Shown here piece after piece: positions 38,198-52,880 of a DNA stretch of 64,000 nucleotides. The notes below the pieces were generated by a model, which did no database searches, was not told the DNA's origin, and worked only from the letters and a program-made list of their open reading frames with translations. Source of the DNA: Bacillus subtilis subsp. subtilis str. 168 (lineage in GTDB: Bacteria > Bacillota > Bacilli > Bacillales > Bacillaceae); assembly GCF_000009045.1 (NCBI RefSeq), contig NC_000964.3, forward strand, positions 1,922,001 through 1,986,000, given 5' to 3'. The stretch's first letter is position 1. Each line of letters opens with the position of its first letter. A program made the position numbers and the translations under genes.

Positions 38198-41100
38198 TTA
38201 TCGTTTGTGCAGTATTACTTGATTTGAAGTGATCTTTTCTAAAATGTCGAGGATGATGTCGGCATTCTTTTCAGCATATGTTCCTTCCAGCATGTCTTTA
38301 TGAGCGCCAAAACCCGTGTACTCACTATAGTTTCCGCAGGCGCCTTCCCATTTCGTTAAGCCTGTATGCCCGCTGGTTTCGGGGTGGATTCCAGCTTCGA
38401 TGAAATGAATGCTTGCTTTGATGTGGCCTTCATTCAGCAATTGTGCCCAATATTCCTGATAGTTTCTTTTTTTCTTCATCACCTTTTCTCTGACTGCTTC
38501 AGGCAGATATGCTGCAGATTCGTCATTACCGGTATCGATAGGCAAAGGCTGTTCTTTTAGATAAGCGTCCACGATAATGAAGTCGCTGACTTCTAATCCT
38601 TTGCGCTCCATAGCCTGTGCCACTTCAAAAGCCAGGTTTCCGCCTGCAGAGTAGCCTAATAAAACGTATGGGCCCTCAGGCTGTATGTCCGTCATGCAAT
38701 TAACATATTGTTCAATGCGGGTGTCTTGTTCAATAAAGTGAAACCCGTATACGGCTGCCTTCTCATTCAGCAATAAAGCAAGGTCTTTAAAATAAATGCC
38801 AAATCCCGATATCGGCGGGAAGCAGAAAAGATTTTGCGCGCCGTGCTGGTTCAGTTTGATCACATGCTGTTCATTTGCTGCTGTCAGCTGTTTAGAATAA
38901 AGTTTTTCGGCAAGCTGAGCGATTGTCGGATGTTCGAACAAGAAATCAATCGGTATGTCAATGTTCTGCTGATGTTTTAGTGTATGTATGACTTGCAGTG
39001 CTCTTAGTGAATGTCCGCCAATAGCAAAGAAGTCATCATCAATACTGATTGTGTTAACACCGAGGACTTGCTTCCAAATGTTCGCCAATTCTTCTTCAAC
39101 CAAGTTTCTTGGCAATATGATGTTCTGTCGTTTGGCAGGCTTATTTTCTGGAATAGGCAGCGCGCTGCGGTCTATTTTTCCGTTTCCGGTAAGCGGCATC
39201 CGCTCCACACGCACCCAGTGCTGCGGGATCATATAGTCTGGAAGCACACGCGCCAAATCGGCGCGAAAATCCGTATCTGTTTTTTTGTGATCACCGACGT
39301 AATGAGTGTACAGCTGCGCCTCTCCATCTTTTTCTCTCAATGTCACTGCTGCTTCTTGAACGCCTTCCATTTCTAACAGGCGCGCTTCTATTTCGGCAGG
39401 CTCAATTCGTTTTCCGCGGATTTTCATTTGCCTGTCAATTCTGCTGATGTATTCTAAGTTTCCATCAGGCAGCCAGCGCGCCAAATCACCAGTACGGTAT
39501 ATTCTTTCTCCAGGCAAGAAAGGATGAGGAGAAAACACAGCATTTGTCAGATCTACTCTGTTCAAATAGCCTTTAGCGACTCCATCACCGCCAACACAAA
39601 GCTCGCCGGGAACGCCTATTGGCAAAAGACGTCCTTTTGTATCTAAGATGTAAGCGGTGCTATTACTGATTGGTTTTCCAATCGGAATCGGCCCCGCATA
39701 GTCTCTCTTCATTTCAAAAAAGGTTGAAAAAGTCGTGTTTTCCGTTGGCCCGTAAATATTATGAAGCGCGAGATCTGGACAGGCGTGTCTGACGGCATTC
39801 ATCAGGGCAGGAGAGAGTGCTTCTCCTCCGACATATAACGTATGGAGTCCGCGAAACATGTCAGCTCGTACCTGTGCCAGCTGATTAAAAAGAGCTGTCG
39901 TTAAAAATAGCACTGTAATGTCATTTTCAAGCAAATACGCTCCAAACCGATCAGGTGTCAGCATTGTCGATTTATCAATGATATGAAGGCTTGCGCCATT
40001 TAAAAGTGCCCCGAACATTTCAAAGGTGACGGCGTCAAAGCTGATAGATCCAGTCATAATAAACCGGTCATCACCGGACGCAGACGTGTAATTGCTGTTT
40101 CTGACAAGGGACACGACATTGCGATTCGTGATCATGACCCCTTTCGGCCGGCCTGTTGATCCTGAGGTATACATGATGTACGCAAGATCATCCGGGCTGG
40201 AGCTGATATTAATAGGGATATCGTTCTCTTCCATCAATCCCTGCGCATCTGAAATGATACATGTTCCTGAGAACGCAGCGTTTTGCTCCAATCCCTTTTG
40301 AACAATCAGCATTTTTGCCTGCGTTTCCTCAAGCATAAAGCTGACTCGTTCAGGCGGAAGCTCCGCATCAAGCGGGAGGTATGCTCCCCCTGCTTTTAAT
40401 ACGGCAAGCACACTGATCATGAATTCGGGAGAATGTGCAGCCAATATTCCGGCTGTCTCGTTTTTCCGAAATCCCTTTTGAATTAACTCTCTGGCGAGCG
40501 CATTAGAGCGTTTATCAAGCTCTTTATACGAAATAGACATATTGCCATACACAAGTGCGGTATGGTCTGGCGTCTTTTCTGCTTGTTCGCGAAATAAATC
40601 GATAATTGTATGATTCTTTGGATACTCCGTTTTTGTATTGTTGAACTGTGTGACAATCTGCTCTTTTTCTGTTGCATCAAGAAAAGAAAAATCAGCAATT
40701 GGCATATGAGGGTGCTGTGCAGCTGTGCTAAGCGCTTGCGTAAATTGCCTCTTGATACAGCTGATCCAGGCAGCATCGTAAACGAATGCATTATAGCTGA
40801 ACTTGATGACAAGCTCTTCGCCAGGAGCAACGACAAGATTAAAGTTATATCCTGATTGCTCGGATACTTGAACTTGATCGATTTGCAGCGGTGAATCGGT
40901 TTGATCAGCGGAATCGGCGATTTTCTGCTGTAACGGATAGTTTTCAAAGACGATAATGTGATCAATCAGTTCCTGTTTTAATGCGGTGTTTGCCTGAATA
41001 TCAAATAAAGGCTGGCAGGTAAACGGCTCAGCTTCCAGCATTTCTTTCTGGCAGCGTATGAGCAGCTCGTGAAACGTTTCGTCTTGGTGTGTTTTAATTC

Positions 41101-42016
41101 GAATCGGTATGGTATTGATAAACAACCCTATCATTTGCTCCACGCCTGGGATTTCTGACGGTCTTCCTGATACAACTGCGCCAAACACAACGTCGTCTGT
41201 GCGGTTATATTGCTGCAGCATCACACCCCAGACTGCCTGAATAAGGGTAGCGAGCGTGACGCCGTGTTGTTTGGCAGTCTCTTTCAGCTTGTCTGTCAGT
41301 GGTTTATTTAATGAAAATATCAAATCTTCACGGTGATAACTTTCTTTTGTTTCTTTATCAGACACACGAGGCAGAGGTGATGGAGCGCTGTAGTTTTTTA
41401 AATAGGTATCCCAGTAGGCCGCTGCTTTTTCTTTGTCTCGGTTTGTCAGCCATGAAATATAGGTGCTGTACGGACGGACAGGGTCTAATGAAAGCGGTTT
41501 TCCTGCATGAATCGATTGATAAATTTGCATAAATTCCTGCATAACGATACCTAGGCACCATCCGTCCATTAAAATGTGATGGTGACTCCAGATACAGACA
41601 TGCTCATCTTTAGCTGTTTTGAATAGAGAAATCCGCATCAGCATGTCTTTTTGCAGATCAAAGCCTTTTTGCTTGTCCTTCTCTTTAAAGCGTTCAATAT
41701 ACTCATTCTGGTCGTTTGTCGGCAGATGAGAAATGTCTTCGCTGTTCAAATGGAATTCACGTTCTGTCATCACGACTTGCCGAGGTCCCGACAAATGCGG
41801 GACGTGCGGCAAAAACACGGTTCTGAAAATATCATGGCGGTCGATAATGGCTTGAATGCTGCGCTGGAACCAGTCATAGCTGAGGCTTCCTTTAATGGTG
41901 AAGAGCGACTGCTCAACATACGCCCCCTCCTCTTTACGGAGGAAGGAATGAAACAGCATCCCTTCCTGCATATGACTCAGAGGATAAATGTTCTTGATTT
42001 TTTTAATGGTATTCAT
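38198..42016 (-). CDS. ppsE: Plipastatin synthetase E: C-A(Ile)-T-TE
   Basis: [38 protein letters not shown]; start ATG 42016 (SD AAAGGTG) or GTG 42037. Confidence 0.97.
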
Positions 42017-42044
42017 AGTGTCTGCACCTTTCTTCACGGATTCA

Positions 42045-45000
42045 TTAGTGAAAACTGAGCATATCAGCGATCTCTTGCAGGGCGTCCTCGGTCAGTTCTT
42101 GATCATCAAAATCACTGATCGTCTTTTCTGTTTCGCTTTTGTTCTGGCAGTGTTCGATCAGCTGTAATAAAAATTGACGGCATGTTTCGCTAAGCTGTTC
42201 GATGGTTTTGCGCTGAAAGCGGGCATTGTCATAAGTCATATTGACAGTCAATTTTCCTTCTGCAGCGATTGCGCTGATATCCAGCGACTGTTCACGGTTC
42301 CATGTTGTGCTGATATCACCTCCGGCACCCAGCGGAGAGAATGAGAAGGCGTCCTCCTCAGGTACTTCAGCTGTGCGGCCGCTTTCAAATTGACCAAGAT
42401 AATTAAAGCTGATTTCTGGTGCACCTGTGAAATTGATGTCTTTTTTGCCAGGCGGAGTCAAATATTTGATGACACCGTAGCCGAATCCTTTGTCAGGTAC
42501 ACGTCTCAGTGTATCTTTTGTTGTTTTTAGCACATGAACCATGCTTTCTTCCGAATCTGGCAAGTCTGCGTTCAGTTTAATCAATAACGGATAAATGGCG
42601 GTAAACCATCCAATCGTCCGGCTCACATCTATTCCTTTTAATACATCCTCTCGCCCGTGGCCCTCTAATGATAGTTTGAAGGCGGATTGATTGGTCCAAT
42701 GGCGCAGCGCAAGAATGACAGAAGCGAGCAGCATGTCCTGCGTATCAGTGTTATATGCGCTGTTGGCGTCTTTTAAGAGTGCTGCTGTCTCTTTATCGTT
42801 TAAGGTAAACGAAATTGTGGACCGTTGTCCCTCGTGTGCTCTAGTTCCATCGATTTGATCAAAAGGCAATGCCTCTGTTTGATACTCTTCGGCTTCGCGC
42901 CAATACTTGAGCTGTTTCATTAGCTGCTGGCTTTCAGCGTAGTCAGAGAGCTTTTTCGCATACGCTTTAAACGAGCTTGTTTTAGGCGGCAGTTTGATAT
43001 CCTCCCCGCCAGCAGCTTGGCGATACCCTAAAGCCAAATCTTCAAGCAGAACCCGCCATGAGATGCCGTCAACGACGAGGTGATGAGCAGATAAAAATAA
43101 GAAATCACCGTCAATTGTGTGGAAAAGACCGGCTTGCAGCAGCGGACCATTCTTCAAATCCATTTTCTGCTGAATATCAAGTACATGGCGCTTGATAAGA
43201 GGTTCATACGGTCTATTTCCATCAGTGCCGTCCGGAGCTGACAAATCAATCATCTGAAGGCCGTACAACGCGTCGTCCGAATGACTGAGCGGCCGATTAT
43301 ATTGATCCCACTTTCCTTGTTCATTCTGTGTAAACACCATTCGCAGCGCATCATGATGACACGTTATTGCTTTTAACGTTTTTCGCAGTGCGTCTTCTTG
43401 TACAGAGGTGCTTCGATGCAGCATTACGGACTGATTAAAATGGTGTTTTTCTTTTATATCTTGAGAAAGAAACCATTTTTGAACAGGCGACCATTGTACG
43501 TCTCCCTCAACCGCAGCTTGGCTGGAACTTGTATCTGAATCACGGATATAAGCTGCCAATTCTTGAATGGTCGGATGGCTAAACAAATCTTTCACTGCCA
43601 TTTGCTTGCCTATCCGGTGAAGCCGCGCAGATACCTGTAACGCTTTGATTGAATCTCCGCCAAGTTCAAAGAACGAATCAGCTGTTCCGATCTTTTCTGC
43701 CCCCAGTACTTCTTTCCATATATCTGCCAGTATTTGTTCCATTTTGCTGGATGGCGGGAGGAATGGACGTTCACCTTCGTGGTTGTATACAGGTTTTGGA
43801 AGTGCTCCGCGATCCAGCTTGCCGTTTGGTGACAATGGAAGTGAGTCCAGTTTTTCAATAAACGCAGGGTGCATAAACACCGGCAGCTTGTTTTGTAATT
43901 CTGAGCGTACAGCATTTGTGCTCAACCCTGGTTTTGTCACCACATAAGCGCTTAATTCGGTTTGTCCTGACGCTGTTACATGAGCAACTACTGCGGCGTC
44001 TTTTACACCCTTTATACACCGGATGACCGATTCAATTTCTTTCGTTTCTACACGGTATCCTCTGATTTTGACTTGATCATCGATTCTTCCGAGATATTCG
44101 AGTGTACCGTCGGCCATCCATCTGGCGGCGTCTCCTGTTCGGTACATTCGTGCTTCGGGTTTAAATGGATTCTGCGTGAATGCTCTCTCTGTCAGTTCTG
44201 GAAGATTAACGTACCCTCTTGCAAGCCCTGTTCCTGCTATACAAAGCTCTCCCGCAACACCGATTGGCTGAAGCTGATGATTGCTATTTAAAATCAGCAC
44301 TTGAGTTCCGTCAATCGGCTGGCCGATGCTTACGTATGCCTGCTTTTCCATATGTCTCATGACGGTAGTCGCCACGCTGTTTTCTGTCGGTCCATATTCG
44401 TTGGCGAGTTCGGTATGCGGACATATAGCTAAGCTGCGGGCGATCAATTCGCGGTCAGCCGCTTCTCCCGCCAGTGTGACGACTCTAAGCGTCTTTACAT
44501 CTTCCGGCTGCACTACGTCCAAAAGCGCTCGATATAAAACAGGCACAATAATCATATGTGTAATCCGTTGACGAGACAGCTGATGCTTAATGGCCAGAAT
44601 ATCCTTCGCTTCCTCTTCATGAAGCAAAACGGCTTTTGCACCTGACAAAAGCGGTGTAAACATACTAGTTATAAAGCCGTCAAATGAGAAAGAAAAGAGC
44701 TGCAGAATGGTATCTGTCTCGTTGAATGCATAAGCGTTTCGCCGCCACTGAAGAGTGTTAGCAATCCCTTTATGCTCGACCATTACCCCTTTTGGACGGC
44801 CCGTCGTTCCTGAAGTATAAATGATATAAGCCAAATGATGGGCAGACGACATTTGCGGCAGCGGCGATTTGTCGTCTTCCTCTACGCTTTCTATCGTCAA
44901 GATCTCTCCTTCAAAGTCAGCAAGTACTCCCAGATCCGCTTCATTTATTGTCATCAGCAGTTTCGTTCCGCTGTCGCTGAGGATATAGCGTTTCCGTTCT

Positions 45001-48000
45001 TTCGGGTATTCAGGATCAATGGGAACGTAACAGCCTCCGGCTTTCCACACACCAAGTATGGATGCTATCATACTGAACGAACGATGCATCATGATGCCTA
45101 CTGGTGTGTCCGGCTTAACACCTCGGCTGCGCAATGCACGTGCGATTCCATTGGACCACTCGTCAAGCTCCTGATAAGTGAGTGTTTTGTCTCCGCTGAC
45201 AAGTGCAGAAGCTTTTGGTGTTCGTGCAGCTTGCTGCTCAAACAATTGACTGATTGTTTGAACTCCGTATTGATTCGCTTGCCCGGTGTTAAACTCATTA
45301 AGCAGCTGGTGCCGCTCTTCTTGGGTCAGGATGTCGATATGGTTGAGTGTCACCTTCGGGTTTTTGCCGATGATGCTAAGTACATTTGTTAAATGCGATG
45401 CCCAGCGTTCAATGGTGGTTTTCTCGAACAATGCGGTTGAATATTCAAAAAGGAAATGAATGTTTCCGTCGCCCTCAGATGCCTGTAGTGTCAAATCGAA
45501 TTTAGAAACGAGATGAGAAACTTGTGCCGGCTTCATTTGCAAATCATGAAGATGCAATGGCTCGTAATCATTATTTTGAACAACTAACATCGCATCAAAC
45601 ACTGGGTTCCGGCTCATATCTCGTGTCAATTCAAGCTTATCGACAAGCTCTTCGAACGGGTAATTCTGGTGCTCAAAGGCTTCCAATGCTGTCTCACGCA
45701 CTTCCTGCAAATACTGTACGAATGGCTTCCCGCCCTCCGGGCGCGTCCGAAGCGCCAGCGTGTTCACAAACATGCCGAGTATCGGCTCAAGATCCTTGTG
45801 CGGCCGGCCGGCGATTGGCGAGCCGACGATGATATCTTCCTGTCCGCTTAAGCGTGACAAGAACGCGGTGTAAGCCGCAAGGAGCACCATGTACAGTGTG
45901 CTTCCGTTTTCTCGTGCCAGCTTGTGAAGGCCTGATGCAACCTCTGGTTCCAGCGTAAATGAGACCTTGTCACCCGCGAAGCTTCGCACCGGCGGGCGGG
46001 CATGATCAGCGGGGAGATCCAGCACAGGCAGCTCGCCCTCGAGCTGCTTCAGCCAGTACGCCTCCTGCATTTTGTACGCGTCTCCTGTTTTGAATCCTTC
46101 TTGCCATACGGCATAATCTTTATATTGAATGCGCAGCGCCGGAAGCTTCCGATTATTGTACAGCTCGCCGAATTCTTGAATCAGAATGTTGACGGAAACA
46201 CCGTCTGAAATGATGTGATGCATATCAACCAGCAATAGGTGCCGCTCATCTGATACCTTTACGATTTGGGCACGGAACAGCGGCGCTTGGCTGAGATCAA
46301 ACGGTTTGATAAATGCGGCTGCGGCCTCCTGTTCGGTTCGTGCGCCGAGAACTGTAGTCTGTAACGTAAACGGCACCTCGTCATGGATGCGCTGCACCGG
46401 ATCGCCTCCTTCGTCCTGTTCGAAGGAGGTTCGAAGCGACTCGTGGCGCTTGATCAGCTCTTGGAAAGCTCTGTCCATCCTTTCAGGGTTGAGCTTCCCT
46501 TCGAGCTCTAACACAGCCGGCATATTGTAGCCTGTCCCTCCGTCCTCCAGCTGCTGAAGGACATAAATCCGCTTTTGGGCAGAGGAAACCGGATAGGTTT
46601 CCTGTTTTTCAGCGGGCTTAATCGCTTCATATGGACTGTCCGTTCCTTCACGGATAACGGTAGCCAGTCCTTCTACCGTCGGATGGGCAAACACATCTTT
46701 TAGCGGCACCTGTACATCGAATTCTTTGGTGATCCGTGAGACAAGCGCCGTTGCTTTTAAGGAATGTCCCCCGCGGTCAAAAAAGTTGTCGTGAATCCCG
46801 ACAGGGCCATTTTTCAGCACGTCCTCCCACAGCTGAGAAAGCTTCATCTCAGTCACGTTTCTCGGCGCTGTGTAGGTCTCCGCATCTGCCGCTCCGCCAG
46901 GAGCTGGCAGGGCGTTTCGGTCGAGCTTTCCGCTTGGCGTAACCGGCCACTGTTCCATCTCTATCATATAGGCTGGGACCATGTAGCCCGGCAACAGTCT
47001 CTCAAGCTGCGCTCGGACTTCGTTTCTTTGGAGCCCTTCTACATAAGCGCATAATTCCGGCTCCCCGCTGTCTGTCCGTACGGTAACGGCCGCCTCTCTT
47101 ACACCTTCTATACTTCTTAGTGCCGCTTCAATTTCTCCCGGCTCAATCCGGTAGCCGCGGATTTTCACCTGATCATCCGTGCGCCCGAGGAATTCAACAT
47201 TCCCGTCAGGGAGCCAGCGCGCCACATCCCCGGTTTTGTACATGCGTTCACCCGGGTAAAACGGGTCTTCAAGAAAACGCTCCTCCGTTAATGCCGGCCG
47301 ATTCAAATAACCTCTGGCAACACCCGCTCCGGCTATGTACAGTTCGCCGATACATCCAACAGGCAGCATCCGCTGATTCTGATTCAGGAGATATAATCTG
47401 ACATGATGAACAGGTTTTCCAATTGGGATCCGTTCAAGTTTTTCATGCGGCGGACAATCAAAGAATGCAGCTTCTACGGTTGCTTCCGTTGGCCCATAGG
47501 AATTGGTTATTGAAACATTTGGAAGCAACTCGTAAAATCGGGAGACAAGATGGGTCCCCAGCTGTTCTCCCCCAGAAAACACTCGCTTGAGTCTGTTTGT
47601 CTTAATCGGTACAGAGCGATATTTTATATGTTCTAAAAATGCATGGAGCATTGAAGGCACAAAATGCATAGCTGTGATCTTTTGTTCTTCTATGGCCTTC
47701 GCGATCACTTCAGGTTCTTTTTCGCCTCCCTGAGGAAGCAGATAAACAGAAGCTCCGGCATAAGGCCACCAAAACAGCTCCCATATTGAAGCATCGAATG
47801 AATATGATGTTTTGTGCATAATCATATCTGAATGCTTTAGCTGATAGCGGGACTGTAGGGAATTCAAAAAATTCACCGCTGATCGATGTTCAATTTCAAC
47901 ACCCTTAGGCATCCCGGTAGAGCCGGATGTATAGATGACATAGGCTAAAGATTGCGGGAGAACATCCACATTCGGATTGGACAAACGATGTGCCAGTCCG

Positions 48001-51000
48001 CTATTTGTCTGATTGAGATAGACAATCTCTCCTGTAAATTCCGGAACATGAAGGCCGGCAGACTGAAGCAGGAGAATGTTTGTACCGCTGTCCTCCAGCA
48101 GAAAGCTGATTCGTTCTTCCGGATAATCCGGGTCGATGGGCAGATAAGCGCCGCCAGCTTTAAGAATGCCATAAATGCCAAGCAGCATTTCAGGTGAACG
48201 CTTTCCTATAATGGCAACAGTCGTTTCGGGTTTTACCCCCCGTCCGATCAGCTCCCAGGCGATACGGTTAGCCTGTTCGTTCAATTCTTTATAGGTCATC
48301 ACTCCATCTTCGAAGATAACGGCCGCCTGATCAGGCGTTTTTTCTGCCTGCTGTTCGAGTGCATAGTGGAGCGTTTGATTCATTGAATAGCCCGTCTCCT
48401 CAAACAGATGGCATGATTCAATGAAATCTCGCTCTTCTTCTTTTGTTAAGATTGGAATATTGTCCAATTCTGTTTCAGGACTGGCAGCTGTATGTTCCAC
48501 AAGCGTGGTGAAAAGGCTGGCCCACCTTTGGATGGTTTCTTTCTCAAACAAAGCTGTACTGTATTCAAACTGACAGAAAAGCTCGGAATCATGCTCTGTA
48601 ACGTATAGGGAAATATCAAATTTTGATATTGGGTGCTCCAAGTCGTTCCACTGAAGCTGTACATCATTCATTTTTAGCTTTTGCTGTTCCATATTCTGAA
48701 GGACTAGCGTTGTGTCAAACAAAGGATTCCGGCTCATTTCCCGCTGCACACCGAGTTTGTCCACAAGCTCTTCAAACGGGTAATCCTGATGCTCATACGC
48801 TTCTAGTGCCGTCTGTCTGACTTCTTTCAGAAATTCCTCAAATGTCTTATTACCCGCCGGGCGTGTGCGGAGAGCCAATGTATTGACGAACATCCCAAGA
48901 ACAGCTTCAAGGTCGGCATGGGGCCGTCCGGCGATAGGTGAACCAATCACGATATCATCCTGACCGCTTAACCGAGACAAAAAGGCTGAATACAAAGCGA
49001 GAAGCGTCATATAAAGCGTGCTTCTGTTTTTATGGGCGAGCCGCTTTATGCGGGCCGTGATCTCTTTGTCCAATTGAAAGGTTACTTTTCCGCCTATGAA
49101 TTGCCGTTCTGCCGGACGTCGTTTATCTGTTGGAAGCTCCAGTATAGGAAGGTCCCCGCTAAACTGCTGCTGCCAGTAAGTCTCCTGCTTTTGGTACGAG
49201 TCTCCCTTTTTAAATTTCTGCTGCCATACGGCGTAATCTTTATATTGGATCCGCAATGGCTTAAGCTGCCGGTTTGCATAAAGATCGGTAAATTCTCGGA
49301 TTAGGAGCTGAACGGATACGCCATCTGAAATGATATGGTGCATATCCACCAGCAATACATGCTTCTCGTTTGACACTTCTATAAGGCCTGCTCTAAATAA
49401 TGGCGCCTGGCTGAGATCAAAGGGACGGACAAATCCCTCGATAGTGGTCTCTTTACTTAACGTAAACGGCACTTCGGTGTGGATACGCTGAACCGGCTCG
49501 TCATCAGCTCCGGATACAAAGGAAGTTCGAAGCGGCTCATGCCGGCTGATCAGTTCTTTACATACAGCAGACAGTTTGGCGACATCCAGTGCACCTTCCA
49601 GTTCTAAGACCGCAGGCATGTTATAGGCGACACCCTCATCAAGCTGTTGAAGCACATAGATTCGTTTTTGGGCCGAAGATACAGGATATGTATCCCTTTT
49701 TTCTGCTGGTTCAATTGCTGCATACAGATTTTGTTCTGCCTCTCGAATAATTAAAGCTAATCCTTCAACAGTCGGATGAGCAAAGATGTCCTTAAGTGAA
49801 ACTTGCACATGGAATTCCTTTGCGATCCGTGACATAAGCACTGTTGCTTTTAACGAGTGACCGCCATTGTCAAAAAAGTTGTCTTGGATGCCTATATGCC
49901 CATTCTTTAGCACATCTTCAAATAGTTGCGAAAGCTTTGCCTCTAACAGATTTCGAGGGGCAGTATATGGGTTTCCGCTGATTGAAGCATCTGGCTCCGG
50001 AAGTGCTGCGCGATCTACTTTTCCGTTTGGGGTAAGAGGTATGCTGTCAACCCATATCCATTTCGCCGGAATCATGTATTCTGGGAGCTCACTAGCCATA
50101 TAACTGCGTAAATCTATTGTGTTCAGCTTTTGTACACTGCAATAGTAAGCGCATAATTCATGTTCACCGTTTTGATCTTGCCAGATGAGAATGGCAGCCT
50201 CACTAATGTCCGGATGATTCATTAGCGTGACTTCGATTTCTTGCGGCTCAATTCGATAACCTCTGATTTTCACTTGATTGTCTGCCCGTCCGATATATTC
50301 GATGTTGCCGTCTTCAAGCCGTCTGGCCAAATCACCTGTCCGGTACATGATCACATCAGGCTTGAATGGATCGGATGAAAATTTGTCGCTTGTCAGTTTA
50401 TCGTGATTGACATATCCTCTGGCAACACTTGCGCCGGAAATATAGAGTTCGCCTGGTACGCCGCATGGCTGAAGCTGTTTTTGATGATTCAAAATATATA
50501 GATCAGTACAGCCTATCGGTTTACCGATTGGCGGAAGCTCAGGAATAGGGTCTCCAGGATGAATGGTATACGTAGATACCACATGAGTTTCTGAAGGTCC
50601 GTAATGATTGTGCAGGTGTATGCCGCGTTTACGCAACACATCTTGGAAAAGGTCTGAAATCATTAATTGTTCCCCGGCTGCGATCAGGTGTTTGACGCCA
50701 TCAGGAAACGAGTTCGCAAGTTCTCGCTCGCTGAAAATCATTTTGATAAAAGCAGTTGGGAGAAACACAATATTCGTCTGATGCTTGTTTATAAATGCAA
50801 ACAGCTGAGGCACATCTCTTTTTATGGCTTCTGGCACGATGTGGAGTGTGCCGCCTTTCAGAAGCGCAGAAAATATTTCTTGATAGCAGACGTCGAAGGA
50901 AGGCGTCGCAAATTGCAGAACATCTGCTTCAAAGTCAATGCCGGAGTGAGTATATTCGAACTTCAGCAAGTTAGCCATGTTTCGATGCTCAAATTGAACA

Positions 51001-52856
51001 CCCTTTGGTTTACCTGTTGTGCCTGATGTATAAATCATATACAGCAGATCGTCAGCATTGTTGACTGACTTTATGTTACTGCCGTCTACTTTGCTTTCGA
51101 TATCTTCTGGATGAGTGATAATGTAATTGTCTTCTAACGATGAGGGAAGATGCGCTTGTGAAACAACATGCGAACAGCCGCAATCATGCAGAATATAACG
51201 GATTCTGTCAGCAGGGTAATGCGGATCAACCGGAACAATGGCGCCGCCTGCTTTCAAGATACCAAGAACACCTGTGATAAACGCCGCTGAGCGTTCCATC
51301 ATAATCGCAACGGGTTCCTGTCTCACAACGCCTTTCATTCGTAAATGCCGTGCCAATCTGTTAGCCGCTTTATTCAGTTCTCTGTATGTTAATGAGCAGG
51401 CTTGATCAATTACAGCATGAGCATCTGGTGTCTTTTCCGCTTGCTTTTCAAACATGGCATGGATGGTTTCGTAAACTGGTGTTTGATCTGTGATTTCTCC
51501 AATCAGCTGCCGCTTTTCAGTATCTGTCGTGATATCGATTTCTTCAGGTGGAAGATTCGGATTATTTAAGATTTGTGATACAGCATTCAGAAGATGCTCT
51601 TTGACAGAGAGCACAAAAGACCGATCGTGCTGCTCCGCATCATAGTTCATTTTGATATGAATTTCTTCCCCTGGCGCCACCATAAGATAAAAGCTGTAGT
51701 TGGTTTCATCTGCGACAGTGAAATTATGAATCTGAAAAAGATCAGAAGCATGTTCCTGTTTGTTCAGCATTTGAATCTCTTGCTGCACCGGATAGTTTTC
51801 AAATACGAGAATATGATCAATCAGCCCTTGCTTAACAGCTGAGCGGGATTGAATCTCATATAAAGGGTGGTAGCTGTACGCTTCAGCGGCAAGACGGTCT
51901 TTTTGCATATCTTTTATAAGTTGAAGAAAAGGCGTTTTTGCCCCCTGCACCCGAACCGGCATCGTATTAATGAAAAGACCTACCATATGTTCAATGCCTT
52001 CGATTTCTGCGGGTCTTCCTGAAATGACAGAACCGAATACGGCGTCATCGTTATTATTATATTTTTGCAGCAGAATGCCCCAAATGGTATGAAAAATCGT
52101 ACTGAGTGTCACTTCTTCTCTAGCAGCAAGCTCTGAAAGCCTGCTGCTTTCTTCCTTAGAGAATGAAAATGTAACGTGTTCCTGCCTGCTTTTTCCCTTT
52201 GTTTTTTTCTGCTTCGGGAGCACGGTTTGCTGTTCGTGGCCGGAAAGATAATGATCCCAATAAGAAACCGCCTGCTCTTTGTCTTGCTCCATCAGCCATT
52301 TGATATACTTTCCGTATGGCTGGACCGGCTCCAATGTTATTGGGGATGCATTTACATAAGATGCGTAAATATGCAGAAACTCCTTTAGCACAATGCTGAG
52401 GCACCAACCGTCCATCATGATATGATGAAAGGTCCAAATGCAAGAGTACTGGCTCTCTCCTGTTTGAATCAGAGCGATGCGCATGAGCACATCCTTTTGC
52501 AAATGAAACCCCCGGTCCCGGTCCTTTTCTTTCCATTGCTCGATAAACTGTGATTGCTCCGCCTCGTTTAAATGAGTAATGTCTTCTTCCAGTACGATGA
52601 CATTTCGTTCTCTCAGAACAACCTGCTGGGGGGAGGAAACATTTTGGCTGATAAAAATCGTTCTGAAAATATCATGTCTTTCTACAAGAGCGTTGATGCT
52701 GTTTTGAAAAAACTGCGGGTTGACTTTTCCTTCTATTGTAAAAGAAGCTTGCTCAACATACGCCTGTGAATCTTTTTGCAGGAGGGAATGGAAAAGCATC
52801 CCTTCCTGCATGTAAGACAGCGGATAAATATCCTGAATTGAATTCGCTTTTGTCAT
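42045..52856 (-). CDS. ppsD: Plipastatin synthetase D, 3603 aa: C-A(Pro)-T-C-A(Gln)-T-C-A(Tyr)-T-E
   Basis: Three A domains (FDVCYQE, FDASIWE, FDGFITS), T domains GGHSL/GGHSL/GGDSI, E domain [11 protein letters not shown]-terminal COM; SD AGGAG before ATG 52856. Confidence 0.97.
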   Translation of the reverse strand: MTKANSIQDIYPLSYMQEGMLFHSLLQKDSQAYVEQASFTIEGKVNPQFFQNSINALVERHDIFRTIFISQNVSSPQQVVLRERNVIVLEEDITHLNEAEQSQFIEQWKEKDRDRGFHLQKDVLMRIALIQTGESQYSCIWTFHHIMMDGWCLSIVLKEFLHIYASYVNASPITLEPVQPYGKYIKWLMEQDKEQAVSYWDHYLSGHEQQTVLPKQKKTKGKSRQEHVTFSFSKEESSRLSELAAREEVTLSTIFHTIWGILLQKYNNNDDAVFGSVISGRPAEIEGIEHMVGLFINTMPVRVQGAKTPFLQLIKDMQKDRLAAEAYSYHPLYEIQSRSAVKQGLIDHILVFENYPVQQEIQMLNKQEHASDLFQIHNFTVADETNYSFYLMVAPGEEIHIKMNYDAEQHDRSFVLSVKEHLLNAVSQILNNPNLPPEEIDITTDTEKRQLIGEITDQTPVYETIHAMFEKQAEKTPDAHAVIDQACSLTYRELNKAANRLARHLRMKGVVRQEPVAIMMERSAAFITGVLGILKAGGAIVPVDPHYPADRIRYILHDCGCSHVVSQAHLPSSLEDNYIITHPEDIESKVDGSNIKSVNNADDLLYMIYTSGTTGKPKGVQFEHRNMANLLKFEYTHSGIDFEADVLQFATPSFDVCYQEIFSALLKGGTLHIVPEAIKRDVPQLFAFINKHQTNIVFLPTAFIKMIFSERELANSFPDGVKHLIAAGEQLMISDLFQDVLRKRGIHLHNHYGPSETHVVSTYTIHPGDPIPELPPIGKPIGCTDLYILNHQKQLQPCGVPGELYISGASVARGYVNHDKLTSDKFSSDPFKPDVIMYRTGDLARRLEDGNIEYIGRADNQVKIRGYRIEPQEIEVTLMNHPDISEAAILIWQDQNGEHELCAYYCSVQKLNTIDLRSYMASELPEYMIPAKWIWVDSIPLTPNGKVDRAALPEPDASISGNPYTAPRNLLEAKLSQLFEDVLKNGHIGIQDNFFDNGGHSLKATVLMSRIAKEFHVQVSLKDIFAHPTVEGLALIIREAEQNLYAAIEPAEKRDTYPVSSAQKRIYVLQQLDEGVAYNMPAVLELEGALDVAKLSAVCKELISRHEPLRTSFVSGADDEPVQRIHTEVPFTLSKETTIEGFVRPFDLSQAPLFRAGLIEVSNEKHVLLVDMHHIISDGVSVQLLIREFTDLYANRQLKPLRIQYKDYAVWQQKFKKGDSYQKQETYWQQQFSGDLPILELPTDKRRPAERQFIGGKVTFQLDKEITARIKRLAHKNRSTLYMTLLALYSAFLSRLSGQDDIVIGSPIAGRPHADLEAVLGMFVNTLALRTRPAGNKTFEEFLKEVRQTALEAYEHQDYPFEELVDKLGVQREMSRNPLFDTTLVLQNMEQQKLKMNDVQLQWNDLEHPISKFDISLYVTEHDSELFCQFEYSTALFEKETIQRWASLFTTLVEHTAASPETELDNIPILTKEEERDFIESCHLFEETGYSMNQTLHYALEQQAEKTPDQAAVIFEDGVMTYKELNEQANRIAWELIGRGVKPETTVAIIGKRSPEMLLGIYGILKAGGAYLPIDPDYPEERISFLLEDSGTNILLLQSAGLHVPEFTGEIVYLNQTNSGLAHRLSNPNVDVLPQSLAYVIYTSGSTGMPKGVEIEHRSAVNFLNSLQSRYQLKHSDMIMHKTSYSFDASIWELFWWPYAGASVYLLPQGGEKEPEVIAKAIEEQKITAMHFVPSMLHAFLEHIKYRSVPIKTNRLKRVFSGGEQLGTHLVSRFYELLPNVSITNSYGPTEATVEAAFFDCPPHEKLERIPIGKPVHHVRLYLLNQNQRMLPVGCIGELYIAGAGVARGYLNRPALTEERFLEDPFYPGERMYKTGDVARWLPDGNVEFLGRTDDQVKIRGYRIEPGEIEAALRSIEGVREAAVTVRTDSGEPELCAYVEGLQRNEVRAQLERLLPGYMVPAYMIEMEQWPVTPSGKLDRNALPAPGGAADAETYTAPRNVTEMKLSQLWEDVLKNGPVGIHDNFFDRGGHSLKATALVSRITKEFDVQVPLKDVFAHPTVEGLATVIREGTDSPYEAIKPAEKQETYPVSSAQKRIYVLQQLEDGGTGYNMPAVLELEGKLNPERMDRAFQELIKRHESLRTSFEQDEGGDPVQRIHDEVPFTLQTTVLGARTEQEAAAAFIKPFDLSQAPLFRAQIVKVSDERHLLLVDMHHIISDGVSVNILIQEFGELYNNRKLPALRIQYKDYAVWQEGFKTGDAYKMQEAYWLKQLEGELPVLDLPADHARPPVRSFAGDKVSFTLEPEVASGLHKLARENGSTLYMVLLAAYTAFLSRLSGQEDIIVGSPIAGRPHKDLEPILGMFVNTLALRTRPEGGKPFVQYLQEVRETALEAFEHQNYPFEELVDKLELTRDMSRNPVFDAMLVVQNNDYEPLHLHDLQMKPAQVSHLVSKFDLTLQASEGDGNIHFLFEYSTALFEKTTIERWASHLTNVLSIIGKNPKVTLNHIDILTQEERHQLLNEFNTGQANQYGVQTISQLFEQQAARTPKASALVSGDKTLTYQELDEWSNGIARALRSRGVKPDTPVGIMMHRSFSMIASILGVWKAGGCYVPIDPEYPKERKRYILSDSGTKLLMTINEADLGVLADFEGEILTIESVEEDDKSPLPQMSSAHHLAYIIYTSGTTGRPKGVMVEHKGIANTLQWRRNAYAFNETDTILQLFSFSFDGFITSMFTPLLSGAKAVLLHEEEAKDILAIKHQLSRQRITHMIIVPVLYRALLDVVQPEDVKTLRVVTLAGEAADRELIARSLAICPHTELANEYGPTENSVATTVMRHMEKQAYVSIGQPIDGTQVLILNSNHQLQPIGVAGELCIAGTGLARGYVNLPELTERAFTQNPFKPEARMYRTGDAARWMADGTLEYLGRIDDQVKIRGYRVETKEIESVIRCIKGVKDAAVVAHVTASGQTELSAYVVTKPGLSTNAVRSELQNKLPVFMHPAFIEKLDSLPLSPNGKLDRGALPKPVYNHEGERPFLPPSSKMEQILADIWKEVLGAEKIGTADSFFELGGDSIKALQVSARLHRIGKQMAVKDLFSHPTIQELAAYIRDSDTSSSQAAVEGDVQWSPVQKWFLSQDIKEKHHFNQSVMLHRSTSVQEDALRKTLKAITCHHDALRMVFTQNEQGKWDQYNRPLSHSDDALYGLQMIDLSAPDGTDGNRPYEPLIKRHVLDIQQKMDLKNGPLLQAGLFHTIDGDFLFLSAHHLVVDGISWRVLLEDLALGYRQAAGGEDIKLPPKTSSFKAYAKKLSDYAESQQLMKQLKYWREAEEYQTEALPFDQIDGTRAHEGQRSTISFTLNDKETAALLKDANSAYNTDTQDMLLASVILALRHWTNQSAFKLSLEGHGREDVLKGIDVSRTIGWFTAIYPLLIKLNADLPDSEESMVHVLKTTKDTLRRVPDKGFGYGVIKYLTPPGKKDINFTGAPEISFNYLGQFESGRTAEVPEEDAFSFSPLGAGGDISTTWNREQSLDISAIAAEGKLTVNMTYDNARFQRKTIEQLSETCRQFLLQLIEHCQNKSETEKTISDFDDQELTEDALQEIADMLSFH
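45612..47348. repeat. About 1.74-kb near-identical direct repeat, copy in ppsD (A8 C-terminal part, T8, most of C9)
   Basis: Aligns to 56394-58130 at a constant offset of 10782 bp with scattered substitutions. Confidence 0.95.
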
Positions 52857-52880
52857 GTTCATGTCTCCTGTCACGATTTT

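Noticed and set aside
45524-47401. Set of + strand ORFs duplicated at 56289-58438 (for example [15 protein letters not shown])
   Set aside because: Antisense by-products of the ppsC/ppsD repeat, not independent genes
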